DNA from: Eledone cirrhosa
Lineage: Eukaryota
Length of the DNA: 64,000 nucleotides
Direction: 5' to 3'
Assembly: GCA_964016885.1 (NCBI GenBank)
Contig: OZ024747.1
Location: 26,598,001 to 26,662,000, forward strand
The notes under the pieces were generated by a model, which saw nothing but the letters and a program-made list of their open reading frames with translations, was not told where the DNA came from and searched no databases. Shown here piece by piece: positions 29,934 to 43,067 of this stretch (its first letter is position 1; every line of letters starts with the position of its first letter). Both the position numbers and the translations under genes were made by a program.

Positions 29934-30731
29934 CAGTTTGAATTGTTGTTCCCTCTTTCTCGCTTATTTTTTTGGTAGGCGTGGCGTTAGCTTCCAATAT
30001 GGTGATATCGTTTTCAACGATATCGATAAACATTTTTGAATTAAATATTTTTCACCCCAAAAGGGGTGAAAATATATTTACCCTACGTCTCCAGTCCCAG
30101 ACTAGGGGTTAGAGTCAATAATAAAAAACAATTTAAATAATGCACTTACAAATATTCCAGGTAAAAATTCCAAATCGAAGAGCCGATATGAAAGACGTCT
30201 ACTATCAAAGACAGATAGGCAGACAGGTAAATAAACAGACAATCAGACATGTAGGCAGACAGGTAGACATACAGACATGTAGAGGAGGAGAGAACAAGGG
30301 GGTTAGTGTTAAGTGTCACTATATCCACCCACAACAATATGTGATAGAGAAGTAATGTGTGTATATTATTTGTGGATATATATATATATTGGTTGGGGGG
30401 GTGGGGGTATATAAAGGTGTTGACTTCTTGACCCCTGTCGTTTAAACAACACACCTGATCATTGTACTGTATCTCTTACCTGCTTTCATCCGCTTTAATC
30501 ATTCACCTTTCTTTCCTTGTGTATTTATGTTTTACTATTTTCTCTTTTCTATCAATATCTTGCCTCTGCTTCTCTTCCATTCGTTTACTCAAGTTTGGTA
30601 CTTATTCTATCGATCTCTTTTTGTCGAACTGCTAGCTTAAGGGACATAACCAAATACAAACACACACACACATATATATATATATTTATCGATTTATCTG
30701 TATATATATATATTTCGATGTATATATACAT

Positions 30732-30818
<87 letters not shown>

Positions 30819-30905
30819 TATATATATTAAACATAAATCATATGGATAGATAGATAGATTATAAAGGTGCGTAGGTAGGTAAGTCGATAGATAGATAGAT
30901 AGATA

Positions 30906-31284
30906 TGTTTCTTTATTAGCCACAGGGGCACAAAAGAAGGGGACAAATACAAAGGGGGAAGTTTACATACAATAAAAACGTGTAAAATACTATCACAAAT
31001 GCAATTTAAAAATTAATCGATTTTCCCCAATAGGGGGAGACAGTTTATATGGGTAACACATACCCCGAAAAAATTTAGCAACCCTCATCTCCAGGAGTAC
31101 GAAGAGTTTGTACTCCTTTCCTCTCCTCCTCCTTTTCCTCAACCTACAGGCTGATATAGAGAGAAGGCCCATTCACTCGGGCCATTCTCGCCACTTTCAC
31201 CCACCTTTCATAAAACTTGCTGGGTTACAGCACCTCTCTCCCCATGCTGATTCTTCTTCCAAAGTGGTATTTGAAAAAAAGAAT
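30906..31284 (-). mobile_element. 5'-truncated 3' fragment of the same Tx1-like LINE family
   Basis: Homologous to 24645-25010 (cctacaggctga...ggcccattcac...cacccacctttcat); flanked on both sides by (GATA)n. Confidence 0.85.
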
Positions 31285-31285
31285 C

Positions 31286-31318
<33 letters not shown>

Positions 31319-32439
31319 TATTTAGATAGATAGATAGATAGATAGATAGAATAGAGTAAGTTGGAAAACGCGGATTAACTGAGATTATCCAAGCATTTGC
31401 TAAGTTCATTCTCGATGGCTTAATGTCTAAAAGCGGACGTAGGCATAGTTAAATAGTTAAGACGTTCGTTTACAATAATTAGGTTACGGGTTCAATTCCC
31501 CTGTGCAGCGTCTTGGGCAAGTATTTTTACTATAACAGCGGGTTGATCCGAACCTTTTGAGTGGGGTTGAATAGACGGAAACTGTGTGATATCCTGTCGA
31601 ATAGATTGTACCTATAACTCACGTTGAATATGACTGAGAATTATGTTATGTTGTGGAATACTCAGCCAGTTCAACATTAATTTCACGATCAATTATTCCG
31701 TTGATCGAACAAATGGAACAGTGATTGTCGAAACTGACGGAGGTCCATTCCGTTCATTCTACAATAACAATAATTACATTAACAATAACAACACTAATAA
31801 CAATAGCACCACCGCCGCCGCCACCAACAACATCATTAGTAATAACAGCAGCAGCAACAACTACAACATCAGCAACAACACCGTCACCAACAACAACATC
31901 ACCACCACCAACAGCAACAACAGCAACAACTACAACATCACTAGCAACAACAACACCGTCACCAACAACAACATCATCACCACCACCACCACCACCACCA
32001 CTACCAACAACAACAACAACAATTAGAACAATGACAACAATATTTCAAGCTAAGTGTAGATGGCACTGACACACAGACAAGCACGATCTCCTTAATGTCA
32101 AAATGTCACATTGCATACATTATAAAAGGAATATGGTATGTGGTGGGGGGAGGGAACTAATGGGTCAGCTGAGCTGGGTAGGTGTTACAAATGTTGAAGA
32201 GTGGGAGATGACACTCAGAAATGGAAGGAGAGAGAGGGTTGTTGACACGTGGGGGGCCGGATTGGAAGAGGTGATGCTTAATGTGAGGGTGGAAGAGGAG
32301 AGGATGAAATGAAAGAGAGGGGGAGTGAGTGCTAACTGTGAAGATAGGGTTCTAAAGTGTTAAAGAGCACGGCGAATACTTTTCCTTAAAATGCTAACCT
32401 CAATGGTTTCACGGATTGCTATGCGTTGAGTCCATTATT

Positions 32440-32628
32440 AAGATTGGCAATATCGGTAGAGGGTCGGACGCTATGCTTTGACACATAGAGTTACGGGCCT
32501 TGCCATTCTGAGTTCGAATCCCGCCGAGGTTAACTTTGCCTTTCATCCTTACGGGGTCGATAAAATAAAGTACCAGTAATGCACTGGGTAATTGCTGGCC
32601 TTGTGCCAAAAAGTAGAAACAATTATTA
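32440..32628 (+). mobile_element. SINE family A
   Basis: Full head, core and tail. Confidence 0.8.
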
Positions 32629-32825
32629 AGATACTTCGTTGTCAAGCGATCCAATATTGTTCAAACAGGTCCCTCTGCCTAAAGCTTGAACACGTCACTT
32701 GTTGCCCCGCGCGAAGAACGATGCAGTAGAAATGCTTTTATTGCATCTAACCATATTGCAGTTTTTGTGGTCTTATTTGTGTCAGTCACCAATTTGGTAT
32801 TCCACTTGCCTCGGCAGAGCTGTTC

Positions 32826-33395
32826 TGCTAGAGGTTCTCAAACATTTTGGCCACTGCCCCCTCACAGCCACGTAATACCCTCAGCACCCCCGCCCCTATT
32901 TCCAGAGAAACCTGCCTACATGCAAATTGAAATCATAATTTATATATAATAAATAATTGTTTCTACTTTAGGCACAAGGCCAGCAATTACCCAGTTCATT
33001 ACTGGTACTTTATTTTATCGACCCCGTAAGGATGAAAGGCAAAGTCAACCTCGGCGGGATTTGAACTCAGATCGTAAAGGGACGTAACTATGCTGGAAAG
33101 CATGGCGTCCGACCCTCTACCGATACTGCCAATCCACCGCCCTTATATATAATAAATAATATAATATATACTGTGTAGATAAATATTATACATTTTTTAT
33201 TCTACTATATTTATGTATACATATATATATATATATATGTATCAATATGTATCATTTGATATTTAATATACTATTATATTATTTCTCCGCTCCCACCCCC
33301 ACCCTCCACCCTTAGGCCCCAGCTCCCTCTGGACCTTCTCAACGGCCCCTGGGAGGGGGACGATAGCGCCCATATTGAGAGCCTCTGTGCTAGAG
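32826..33395. mobile_element. hAT(Charlie)-like MITE with nested SINE
   Basis: Ends (t)agaggttctcaa / ttgagagcctctg; 8-mer tgctagag at both ends (possible TSD, overlapping the left TIR); SINE inserted at ~32955-33143. Confidence 0.5.
32955..33143 (-). mobile_element. SINE family A
   Basis: Full reverse-complement copy. Confidence 0.8.
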
Positions 33396-33939
33396 AGTAT
33401 GTTGCATGTGGAGGATAATGATATGGCCACCAGATATGACGGTTAGTTGCGATATATGTCGGCTGCCGAACGAATAAGCAGCCCCGGACCAACAACAGTA
33501 AACTAATCGTAGAGATGGAGCAATGGCTGACGCTGTTAGCTCCCAAGAAAAGTCTCACTCATTTAATTATTATTAGATTCTCCAGCTGTTCTATCAATAT
33601 GAATCACTTACAATAAAATTTCGCAGAAGATAGATAAGCAAAATTAAATAATTGGGTGGGGTGGGTGGAATAAAAACATGGGGGGGGGGGGGATCTGGTA
33701 AATTAATAAGCGGTGGGTGGGGACGATTATTCAAGACCTGAGAGTACGTGAATTATTGACGGACGTAAGAATGAAAACTCAATACCGAAGTAGAGTTTAA
33801 ATATTCATTTATTATAGCTAAACCTTGTTATTCTAGAGTTTCACCTGCGTAGCGTACTCACCAGACAAGGCTGGTGATCCTGTGAGTGCATAGGTGAAAC
33901 TTTAGCGTAACAAAGCTCACAAATAACCATAATAGATAA

Positions 33940-33987
<48 letters not shown>

Positions 33988-35079
33988 TAAGTACAGATTA
34001 AAGTTTAAGCAAAGAATCGCTGCTTTCACCCTTTTACGGGAGTTTCAGAATCTGTACTTATAATAAATATTTGCTCTACGGATTTTTATATATATATATA
34101 TATATAATCATCTTCGGATTTTAGTCTTCACATTTATTATATTTTCTCCCAAAACTAGTTTGGTGGTAATTGATATAGAGAGGGGTGTTTGGAGAGAGTT
34201 CCATGTAGTTATAGAGAGGAGGAGAGGTTTTTGTTAATTAATATAGAGAGGTGTATTGGAAGAGAGTTCCGCATACTAGTGTGTGTTTTGGTAGTTTCTC
34301 CTCAAAACGCACATCTATTTGGATATGCGCTACAATTTATATACATGTTATGTTTATCGCATATCGAAGTTTTCTGACCATTTTAGAGTGGAAAGAGCTA
34401 AACTAATCACAACTAAATTGTCCAAATTTGGCTCCTCCTCCCCCATTCAGAAATGCTTCCACCGCCCTGGTGTATAAATCAAATAAAATACCAATATACT
34501 CAAATATCAGGGAGATCTTGTTTGGCACTATATGGTTCTTGAGGTTTGAAAAACTTGTTTATGTTTCTAAAGTGCTTGGATGAAAAATTACGAGATGACA
34601 ATTCAAAATGTGTGAAGAATTGAGGAAACCTGGAATTTCAAAGAGTGGAATGTGACTGGGGTCTCTGAAAACTTCTAAGTCATCATCAACTTAGTCGCCT
34701 GAAATAAAATATTACAGACAAAATATCAATAAGAATCATTTAACAATATAGATATAAATATTTATTCGAAATACATCTGGGGTAGATAACATCTGTTACA
34801 CAAAATAATATATACATATATTACATTGACATATATGGAATATATATTTATATACATTTACATATATATATATACGTATAGATATACATATATGTAAGTA
34901 TGTATATATATACATATATATATATATACATATATAAATATGTATTATATATATACATATATAAATATATATACGTATTTATGCGTATACATATATATAC
35001 ATATACATATATATATACATAAACATATATATGCATAAACATATATATGCATATACATATATATGCATATACATATATA

Positions 35080-35146
<67 letters not shown>

Positions 35147-35857
35147 CCCAATCGTCGACAGTGGTATTAATATATAAAGCAAATTCCATAGAGTTTAGAA
35201 TCGTGGTAAATAATCTGTACCAAAATCTGTTTAAATTGTTCAACGTTTCTGGAAATTATCTTCCAGTTAGTTCTTCAGTAAAAATGAAGTCAATAGCTTT
35301 AACGTCCATCATTATATAAAATATAATTTGTTAGATAGATCTTTATATGGTTCATGTAGCAATGGAAAGACAAATGGAGGTATAGTTTTTCCTCGGTCCA
35401 ATCTGACGATCAATTCTTTATGTGGTAATATAACAATGGAATGACCAGTGGAAATATAGTTTCCGTATTCTGAACTGATGGCCAGCTCCTTTATATGTTT
35501 GATATAGAAATGGAAAGACCAATGGAAGCCTGGTTTCTGTGGTCCGATCTGATGACCAGCTCCTTTATATGGTTGAGCTACTGATAAGCAAATTACAATG
35601 TATGAAGGTGCAGATATATGAGTGCTGTTTCTTTATGAGTATTCTTCCACTCTTCATTCTTTTACTTGTTTTCAGCCCCTAGACTACGACCATGCATGTA
35701 GTTCTATGTGGAAGAATGTCTTTCTACGTATATATATATTTGTAGAGACGCATAAAGCAATATATATGTTTAAAATATTCATATGTGATTACGGAAAAAT
35801 AATATATACTCATAGATTAAGTGTATATGTGTGTATATATATATGTGTGTGTGTGTA

Positions 35858-35895
<38 letters not shown>

Positions 35896-36189
35896 TGTGT
35901 GTGTGTGTGTGTGTGTGTGAGATATATATATATAGAGAGAGAGGGGGAGAGAGAGAGATGGTTTTATAAATACATAAATGCATTGATTTTACATATCGCT
36001 GTAGTTGTGTTGATGCGTGATGTGTTCACATATGTAAGATTATATACGTATGTATATATGTGTACATGCGTAAATATATATGTATGTGTGTGCGTGCGTG
36101 TGCGTGTGTGTTTGTGTGTGTATATGCTTATACATAGATACATATACATGTTTATATTACATATGTAATATATAAAACGTAGTTATACA

Positions 36190-36325
36190 ATAATTGTTTC
36201 TACTTTTGGCACAAGGCCAGCAATACCCCAGTGCATTACTGGTACTTTATTTCATCGACCCCGTGAGGATGAAAGGCAAAGTTAACCTTGGCGGGATTTG
36301 AACTCAGAATGGCAAGGGACGTAAT
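36190..36325 (-). mobile_element. SINE family A, truncated
   Basis: Core and tail present. Confidence 0.7.
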
Positions 36326-38243
36326 ACAATACGTAGTTATACAATAATAAGAGAGAACAGTAATAAATGCAGTAATACTAGCAACAACAACTAAACCAAA
36401 CATCAACATCAACGTGTGTTGATCTTCCTTCAGTTACGATGACATGTGTTCCACGGGTTTGACTAATGGAACAGCCGATGTATGAAAATAATATGCAAGA
36501 GGCTGAGCAGACATGTATACCTTAAAGTAGTTCTCTGGGAAAATCAGCGTAACATAGAGTGGGAATGCTGGTCATTTGAACTACAGGTACAACTCATGTT
36601 TGTCATTTGAATAAACTTTGAACAACATGAAATGTAATGTGTTGCTCACGGCGGGAATCGAACCCACGACTTTACGATCATAAGTCGAACAATGTCACCA
36701 CTAAGCCACGCGCCTTCATGATATATCTAGTTAGAGTATACAACACAGCGCTGGAAATTGAACTGGCGATCTTATGATCCTCAAATGAACAGCCCTAACC
36801 ACGCAGCCATGTGCCTTCACAGAACTACTACAACTTCAACAACAAAGATAACTCTGGGATAAACAGCAGCACACTGACTTCAAAGAATGTTAGATGAGTG
36901 TTGTAGTTGTTGAGCCTCCGGTCACGTCTGATGGGGGAGAAGATTTCGTTGATCTTCTCCCCAAGTGGGTCGAAGAAAAACAATCATTACAGATGGATTT
37001 AGGCAATGTTGTCTTAGTTGTTGATTTCGTAGTTTTTGTTTGTCATAGTTGTTTGGATTTATATTATTATGACTTATGGGTTTGTCAAGGCATGTGCCTT
37101 AGTGGTTAGGGTGTGAGCTCGATTTCTGGTGGCAAGTTATGTCCTTGAGCAAATCACTTCATTTCATGCTGCTCCAGTCAACGTTACTGTAAAAAAAGCG
37201 AATTGTGTCTGAGTAATTTAGAAGACTGGCCGTGCTACACACTGTATCACGCGAAATCTCTCTTAGAACTACGTTAAACGTACACGTGTCGATTGAAATA
37301 CACGTTGCTCGAGTAGGCTGATCCGTTGATCAAACAACTGGAACACTCGTCGTCGAACTGACAAGGATCCAACACATGTCTTAAGAGTGGTAGTATTGGG
37401 TCGTTAGACTGTCGGACAAAATGCTGTGCGATATTTGTTTCGGTTCTTTGCATTCTGAATCCAAGTCAACTTCACCTTTCATCTTTCCTAGGTCACTAAA
37501 ATAAAGTACCAGTTAAGTTTTGTTGGAGGCGGATAGGATCGTGCACTATGCATAATCCTGTGCGATATATACTTACAGACTTCTTAATTCTAAGTTCAAT
37601 TCCCAATTGGGGGGGTCTACTTTGCTTTTCATTCCTCCAGGGTCGGTATGAAATAAAAGTTCAATGAAATACTGAGTCTGTTTTTTTTTATAGCAATCTG
37701 CTTCAAACCGACCCTTTCTTTACGATACAAAGCTGATTATGTTCAAGTGTTTATATTTATCTAAAAACTTTCCATCATAATTTTATACTCCAAACACCAG
37801 CTTACCAAAAGAAAGTTATATTACTAAATTCCTTCAAATTTTTGATTTTTTTCAAAGCGATTTTAAAACCATAGATAGTGTCTTTCTTTAAAAATATGGT
37901 ATCAAAGGGTTACTCGGCTCTCTTAATATAAGTGACCTTATGCCAATTTCAGAAATCAATATTTTTAACGCTGTAAACAGTAGATTGCAGATAAGGGTAC
38001 CCTGACGGAAAAAATCCTTTTGTTCTTTTATTCTTTTCCTGCTTTCAATCATTAAACTGCAGCCATACTAGGACACATCTTTGAATGATTTCTTATTGTT
38101 ATTATGTTGTATTGGGGGCGGTTATTGCTGTAGCTACTACTACTGTTGTATAGTTTGTCTTTCTGGTTTATGTTTCTTGTTGCTGTCATGTAGGTTTCTT
38201 CTTCTTCTTCATCATCTTCTTCTTATCCTCCTCCTCTTCTTCC

Positions 38244-38301
38244 TCACTTGCTACACCTCAAGTGTTCAAAGTAGTTGTAATAGTGCCAGCCACTCTTCCG
38301 G
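38244..38301 (-). CDS. Dickkopf-family protein, terminal coding exon
   Basis: ttttcttttttcctgtttag acceptor, phase 2; (S)RKSGWHYYNYFEHLRCSK-TGA supplies the tenth Cys of the colipase fold. Spliced CDS 186+172+202+58=618 nt (205 aa + stop). Confidence 0.85.
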
Positions 38302-38339
38302 CTAAACAGGAAAAAAGAAAAAGATGGAAATTATTAATA

Positions 38340-38940
38340 ATAATTGTTTCTAATCTAGGCACAAGGCCAGCAATTACCCAGTACATTACTGGTACTTTAT
38401 TTTATCGACCCCGTAAGGATGAAAGACAAAGTTAACCTCGGCGGGATTTGAACTCAGACTGTCGGACGTAACTATGCTAGAAAGCATGGCGTCCAACCCT
38501 CTACCGATACTGCCAATTCACCGCCCTTAATAATAATAATAATGGTTTCTTATAAAGGCACAAGGCCAGAAATTTGGGGGAGGAGAAAGTCGATTAAATG
38601 GTCCCCAGTGCATTACTGGTGCTTTATTTTATCGATCCCGTAAGGATGAAAGGCAAAGTTAACTTCGGCGGGATTTGAACTCAGACCGTAGAGGGCCGTA
38701 ACTCTATGCTGCAAAGCATAGCATTCGACCCTCTACCGATACTGCCAATCCACCACCCTAATAATAATAATGGTTTCTGATTTAGGCACAAAGCTAACAA
38801 TTTTGGGGGAGGCAAACATTTATTAAATCGACCCCAGTGCGTTACAGGTACTTTATTTTATCGACCACGTAAGAATGAAAGGCAAAGTTAACCTCGGCGG
38901 GATTTGAACTCAGATCGTAAAAGGCCGGAACAAATACTGC
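38340..38940 (-). mobile_element. SINE family A, three head-to-tail copies
   Basis: Three consecutive copies separated by (TAA)n. Confidence 0.85.
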
Positions 38941-38949
38941 TAAGTACGT

Positions 38950-41238
38950 TTCCACAATATCATTGCTTTAGTTTCAACACACAGGCTCAGATCAAGTCAC
39001 TTGCCAGACATATACAACTATAGCTAAAATAAATCTTCCACAATGTAATTGCTTTAGTTTCAACACACAGGCTCAGATCAAGTCACTTGCCAGACATATA
39101 CAACTATAGCTAAAATAAATCTTCCACAATGTAATTGCTTTAGTTTCAATACACAGTCTCAGATCAAGTCACTTGCCAGACATATACAACTATAGCTAAA
39201 ATAAATCTTCCACAATATCATTGCTTTAGTTTCAACACACAGGCTCAGATCAAGTCACTTGCCAGACATATACAACTATAGCTAAAATAAATCTTCCACA
39301 ATATCATTGCTTTAGTTTCAACACACAGGCTCAGATCAAGTCACTTGCCAGACATATACAACTATAGCTAAAATAAATCTTCCACAATATCATTGCTTTA
39401 GTTTCAACACACAGGCTCAGATCAAGTCACTTGCCAGACATATACAACTATAGCTAAAATAAATCTTCCACAATATCATTGCTTTAGTTTCAATACACAG
39501 TCTCAGATCAAGTCACTTGCCAGACATATACAACTATAGCTAAAATAAATCTTCCACAATGTAATTGCTTTAGTTTCAACACACAGGCTCAGATCGAGTC
39601 ACTTGCCAGACATATACAACTATAGCTAAAATAAATCTTCCACAATGTAATTGCTTTAGTTTCAATACACAATCTCAGATCAAGTCACTTGCCAGACATA
39701 TACAACTATAGCTAAAATAAATCTTCCACAATGTAATTGCTTTAGTTTCAACACACAGGCTCAGATCAAGTCACTTGCCAGACATATACAACTATAGCTA
39801 AAATATATCTTCCACAATATCATTGCTTTAGTTTCAATACTCAGTCTCAGATCAAGTCACTTGCCAGACATATACAACTATAGCTAAAATATATCTTCCA
39901 CAATATCATTGCTTTAGTTTCAATACACAGTCTCAGATCAAGTCACTTGCCAGACATATACAACTATAGCTAAAATAAATCTTCCACAATGTAATTGCTT
40001 TAGTTTCAACACACAATCTCAGATCAAGTCACTTGCCAGACATATACAACTATAGCTAAAATATATCTTCCACAATATCATTGCTTTAGTTTCAATACAC
40101 AGTCTCAGATCAAGTCACTTGCCAGACATATACAACTATAGCTAAAATAAATCTTCCACAATGTAATTGCTTTAGTTTCAACACACAGTCTCAGATCAAG
40201 TCACTTGCCAGACATATACAACTATAGCTAAAATAAATCTTCCACAATGTAATTGCTTTAGTTTCAACACACAGGCTCAGATCAAGTCACTTGCCAGACA
40301 TATACAACTATAGCTAAAATAAATCTTCCACAATGTAATTGCTTTAGTTTCAACACACAATCTCAGATCAAGTCACTTGCCAGACATATACAACTATAGC
40401 TAAAATAAATCTTCCACAATATCATTGCTTTAGTTTTAACACACAGGCTCAGATCAAGTCACTTGCCAGACATATACAACTATAGCTAAAATAAATCTTC
40501 CACAATGTAATTGCTTTAGTTTTAACACACAGGCTCAGATCAAGTCACTTGCCAGACATATACAACTATAGCTAAAATATATCTTCCACAATGTAATTGC
40601 TTTAGTTTCAACACACAGGCTCAGATCAAGTCACTTGCCAGACATATACAACTATAGCTAAAATAAATCTTCCACAATGTAATTGCTTTAGTTTTAACAC
40701 ACAGGCTCAGATCAAGTCACTTGCCAGACATATACAACTATAGCTAAAATAAATCTTCCACAATGTAATTGCTTTAGTTTCAACACACAGGCTCAGATCA
40801 AGTCACTTGCCAGACATATACAACTATAGCTAAAATATATCTTCCACAATGTAATTGCTTTAGTTTCAACACACAGGCTCAGATTAAGTCACTTGCCAGA
40901 CATATACAACTATAGCTAAAATAAATCTTCCACAATGTAATTGCTTTAGTTTCAACACACAGGCTCAGATCAAGTCATTTGCCAGATATATACAACTATA
41001 GCTAAAATATATCTTCCACAATGTAATTGCTTTAGTTTCAACACACAGGCTCAGATTAAGTCACTTGCCAGACATATACAACTATAGCTAAAATAAATCT
41101 TCCACAATGTAATTGCTTTAGTTTCAACACACAGGCTCAGATCAAGTCATTTGCCAGATATATACAACTATAGCTAAAATATATCTTCCACAATATCATT
41201 GCTTTAGTTTCAACACACAGTCTCAGATCAAATCACTC
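38950..41238. repeat. 86-bp tandem array (~26 copies) in the last Dkk intron
   Basis: Unit ttccacaat(atc/gta)attgctttagtttcaacacacaggctcagatcaagtcacttgccagacatatacaactatagctaaaataaatc; unit starts at 38950 and 39036. Confidence 0.97.
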
Positions 41239-41328
41239 TTCACACCGGTCGCCGTCGAGACGTCAGGCGTACCTGGACCTCATACTGTCGAGCTCCTCCG
41301 CAAAATCTTTTTATTTACTGTTAGTTAC

Positions 41329-41530
41329 CTTGTAGATTTACTTTTGGAAGTGGTTCTGCAGTGAAGTCCATCTAAACACGGACATACTTGATTCAAACTG
41401 TAGTCTAATCCACCTTTAGGTACGTAACATTTCTGGCCAATCTTTAGCTTTGGTTGACATATTCTTTCGCCATGTCTTCGAGCACAACACATTGTAGGAT
41501 CGCAGTCTTTATCTGACTGACATCGTGCTC
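41329..41530 (-). CDS. Dickkopf-family protein, coding exon 3 (colipase/prokineticin-fold C-terminal Cys-rich domain)
   Basis: tttttttttcag acceptor, phase 1; GARCQSDKDCDPTMCCARRHGERICQPKLKIGQKC...VCPCLDGLHCR matches the Dkk CRD2 cysteine spacing; donor AG|gtaact, phase 2. Confidence 0.92.
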
Positions 41531-41603
41531 CTGAAAAAAAAAAGCGAAATATATATGAATACATATATGTGCGTGTATGTGTGTGATTGCATGTACGTAC
41601 ATA

Positions 41604-41710
41604 TACGGGGTGCCCCCCAAAAAACTATATACACACTTTGATTACCTGTACAGGCAATATCTATTAGAAGGCTGTTGAAGTGTGTATACATTTTTTGGGA
41701 CACCCTCTAT
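41604..41710. mobile_element. Tc1/mariner-type MITE
   Basis: Imperfect ~33-bp TIRs (tacggggtgccccccaaaaaactatatacacactt / aagtgtgtatacattttttgggacaccctcta) in TA context. Confidence 0.65.
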
Positions 41711-41714
41711 ATAT

Positions 41715-42090
41715 AAATGTTTCTACTTTAGGCACAAGGCCAGCAATTATCCAGTGCATTACTGGTACTTTATTTTATCGACCCCGTAAGGTATGGGTGA
41801 TTCAGTGAATTACTGTTAGTGGTACCAACACAAGCACTCTATACACAAGTAGAATGTATATAATGATTTCTGGTATAAAGTATTATTAATAATGATTTCT
41901 AGTATAGGCACAAGGCCAGTACTTTTGGGGGAGGGGAAAGTCGATTAAATTGACTCCAGTTCGTTACTGGTACTTTATTTTATCGACCCCGTAAGGATGA
42001 AAGGCAAAGTTAACCTCGGTGGGATTTGAACTAGAACATAAAGGGCCATAACTCTATACTGCAAAGCATGGTGTCCGGCACAATCCACTG
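41715..42090 (-). mobile_element. SINE family A, one truncated and one near-full copy
   Basis: Tails at ~41715 and ~41890 with cores. Confidence 0.75.
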
Positions 42091-42491
42091 CCCAGTAAAA
42101 TAATAAAATTATGGAGTGGACCTCGGTCAGTTTTGGCATTGAGTATTCCTATTGTTCCATCAACAGAACAGCCAGGTCATGAAACTAACGTATGAGTGAT
42201 TAAGCATTCCACAGACCCATTAATTCTTAATTTAATTCTCAGGGAGATTCAGCATGACACTGTGAGTGACACGGTTAGCCCTTTCAATTACAACTACAGT
42301 CTATCCGATGGGTTTCCGTCTACTTAATTTCATTCATCAGACAAGGAGCGACATGAGGCTATAGTTAGTGACATTTGCTCAACATACCAATCAGTTGGAT
42401 CGAACCCAGAACCTTATGATTGCGAAGTGAACATCATAACCATTCGGCCATGATGCGTCCATAGTAAAAATATAAAAGAATAAAAGAATAC

Positions 42492-42663
42492 CTCGGCTAG
42501 TTTCTCTGGCTCGTTTTTCACACTGTCCGTACATGCAGATGTTGTGACCTTCACAGTGGTTGTCCTCCCGGCACGGTTCACCCAATGTCCGATGATAATC
42601 ACAAATGCCGTAGTGTAAGTCGCAGAACATGTTAGAATTACATTCACTACTTCGTTCACATAC
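42492..42663 (-). CDS. Dickkopf-family protein, coding exon 2 (N-terminal Cys-rich domain)
   Basis: Poly-T...aacag acceptor; VCERSSECNSNMFCDLHYGICDYHRTLGEPCREDNHCEGHNICMYGQCEKRARETSR; donor G|gtattc, phase 1. Confidence 0.9.
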
Positions 42664-42675
42664 CTGTTATATATA

Positions 42676-43067
42676 AAAAAAAAAAAAAGATCGTGCTTGA
42701 TTATAGATGTAGCTTGTCCCTTCGACACAGGAGTACAGGAAAAGAAAAAGAAAAGGAGAGGGGAAAAATTAACCGGTACCAGGCCCAGAAGTGGGAATTT
42801 GAAAAGGATTTGAAACTGCCACGGGTTCAAGGTCGTCCCCATTGTCATGGGAGCACTGGATACTATCTCGAAGAGTTGCCAAGGCTGGCTAAAGACCATC
42901 AGCCCACCCTCCTATTTTGGAACACTTCAAAAGGCATGCCTACTTGGAACGGCAAGGACCTTCCGATACCTCCTGAATATCTAAGGCTGTAGGTAGCAGC
43001 TTGATATTCATTAGGGCAATTATTCCGGTTGAATAACAAAAATGACTGAAGCATCAAGAAAATAATA
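42676..43067 (+). mobile_element. R4/Dong-type (restriction-like endonuclease) non-LTR retrotransposon 3' fragment
   Basis: KKKRSCLIIDVACPFD, VVPIVMGALDTISK and LQKACLLGTARTFRYLL (frameshifted) are RLE-domain motifs; ends at a (TAA)n-like tail. Confidence 0.8.

Larger units (their letters stand above)
24645..30208 (-). mobile_element. Near full-length L1/Tx1-clade non-LTR retrotransposon
   Basis: ORF1 with zinc knuckle, then ORF2 with AP endonuclease, RT and C-terminal Cys/His motif; short 3' UTR ending in AATAAA at the minisatellite. Confidence 0.92.

Noticed and set aside
38950-41238. Possible tandem ncRNA or CRISPR array
   Set aside because: Units are near-identical along their whole length, and no tRNA, 5S or snRNA signature or ribozyme core was seen.
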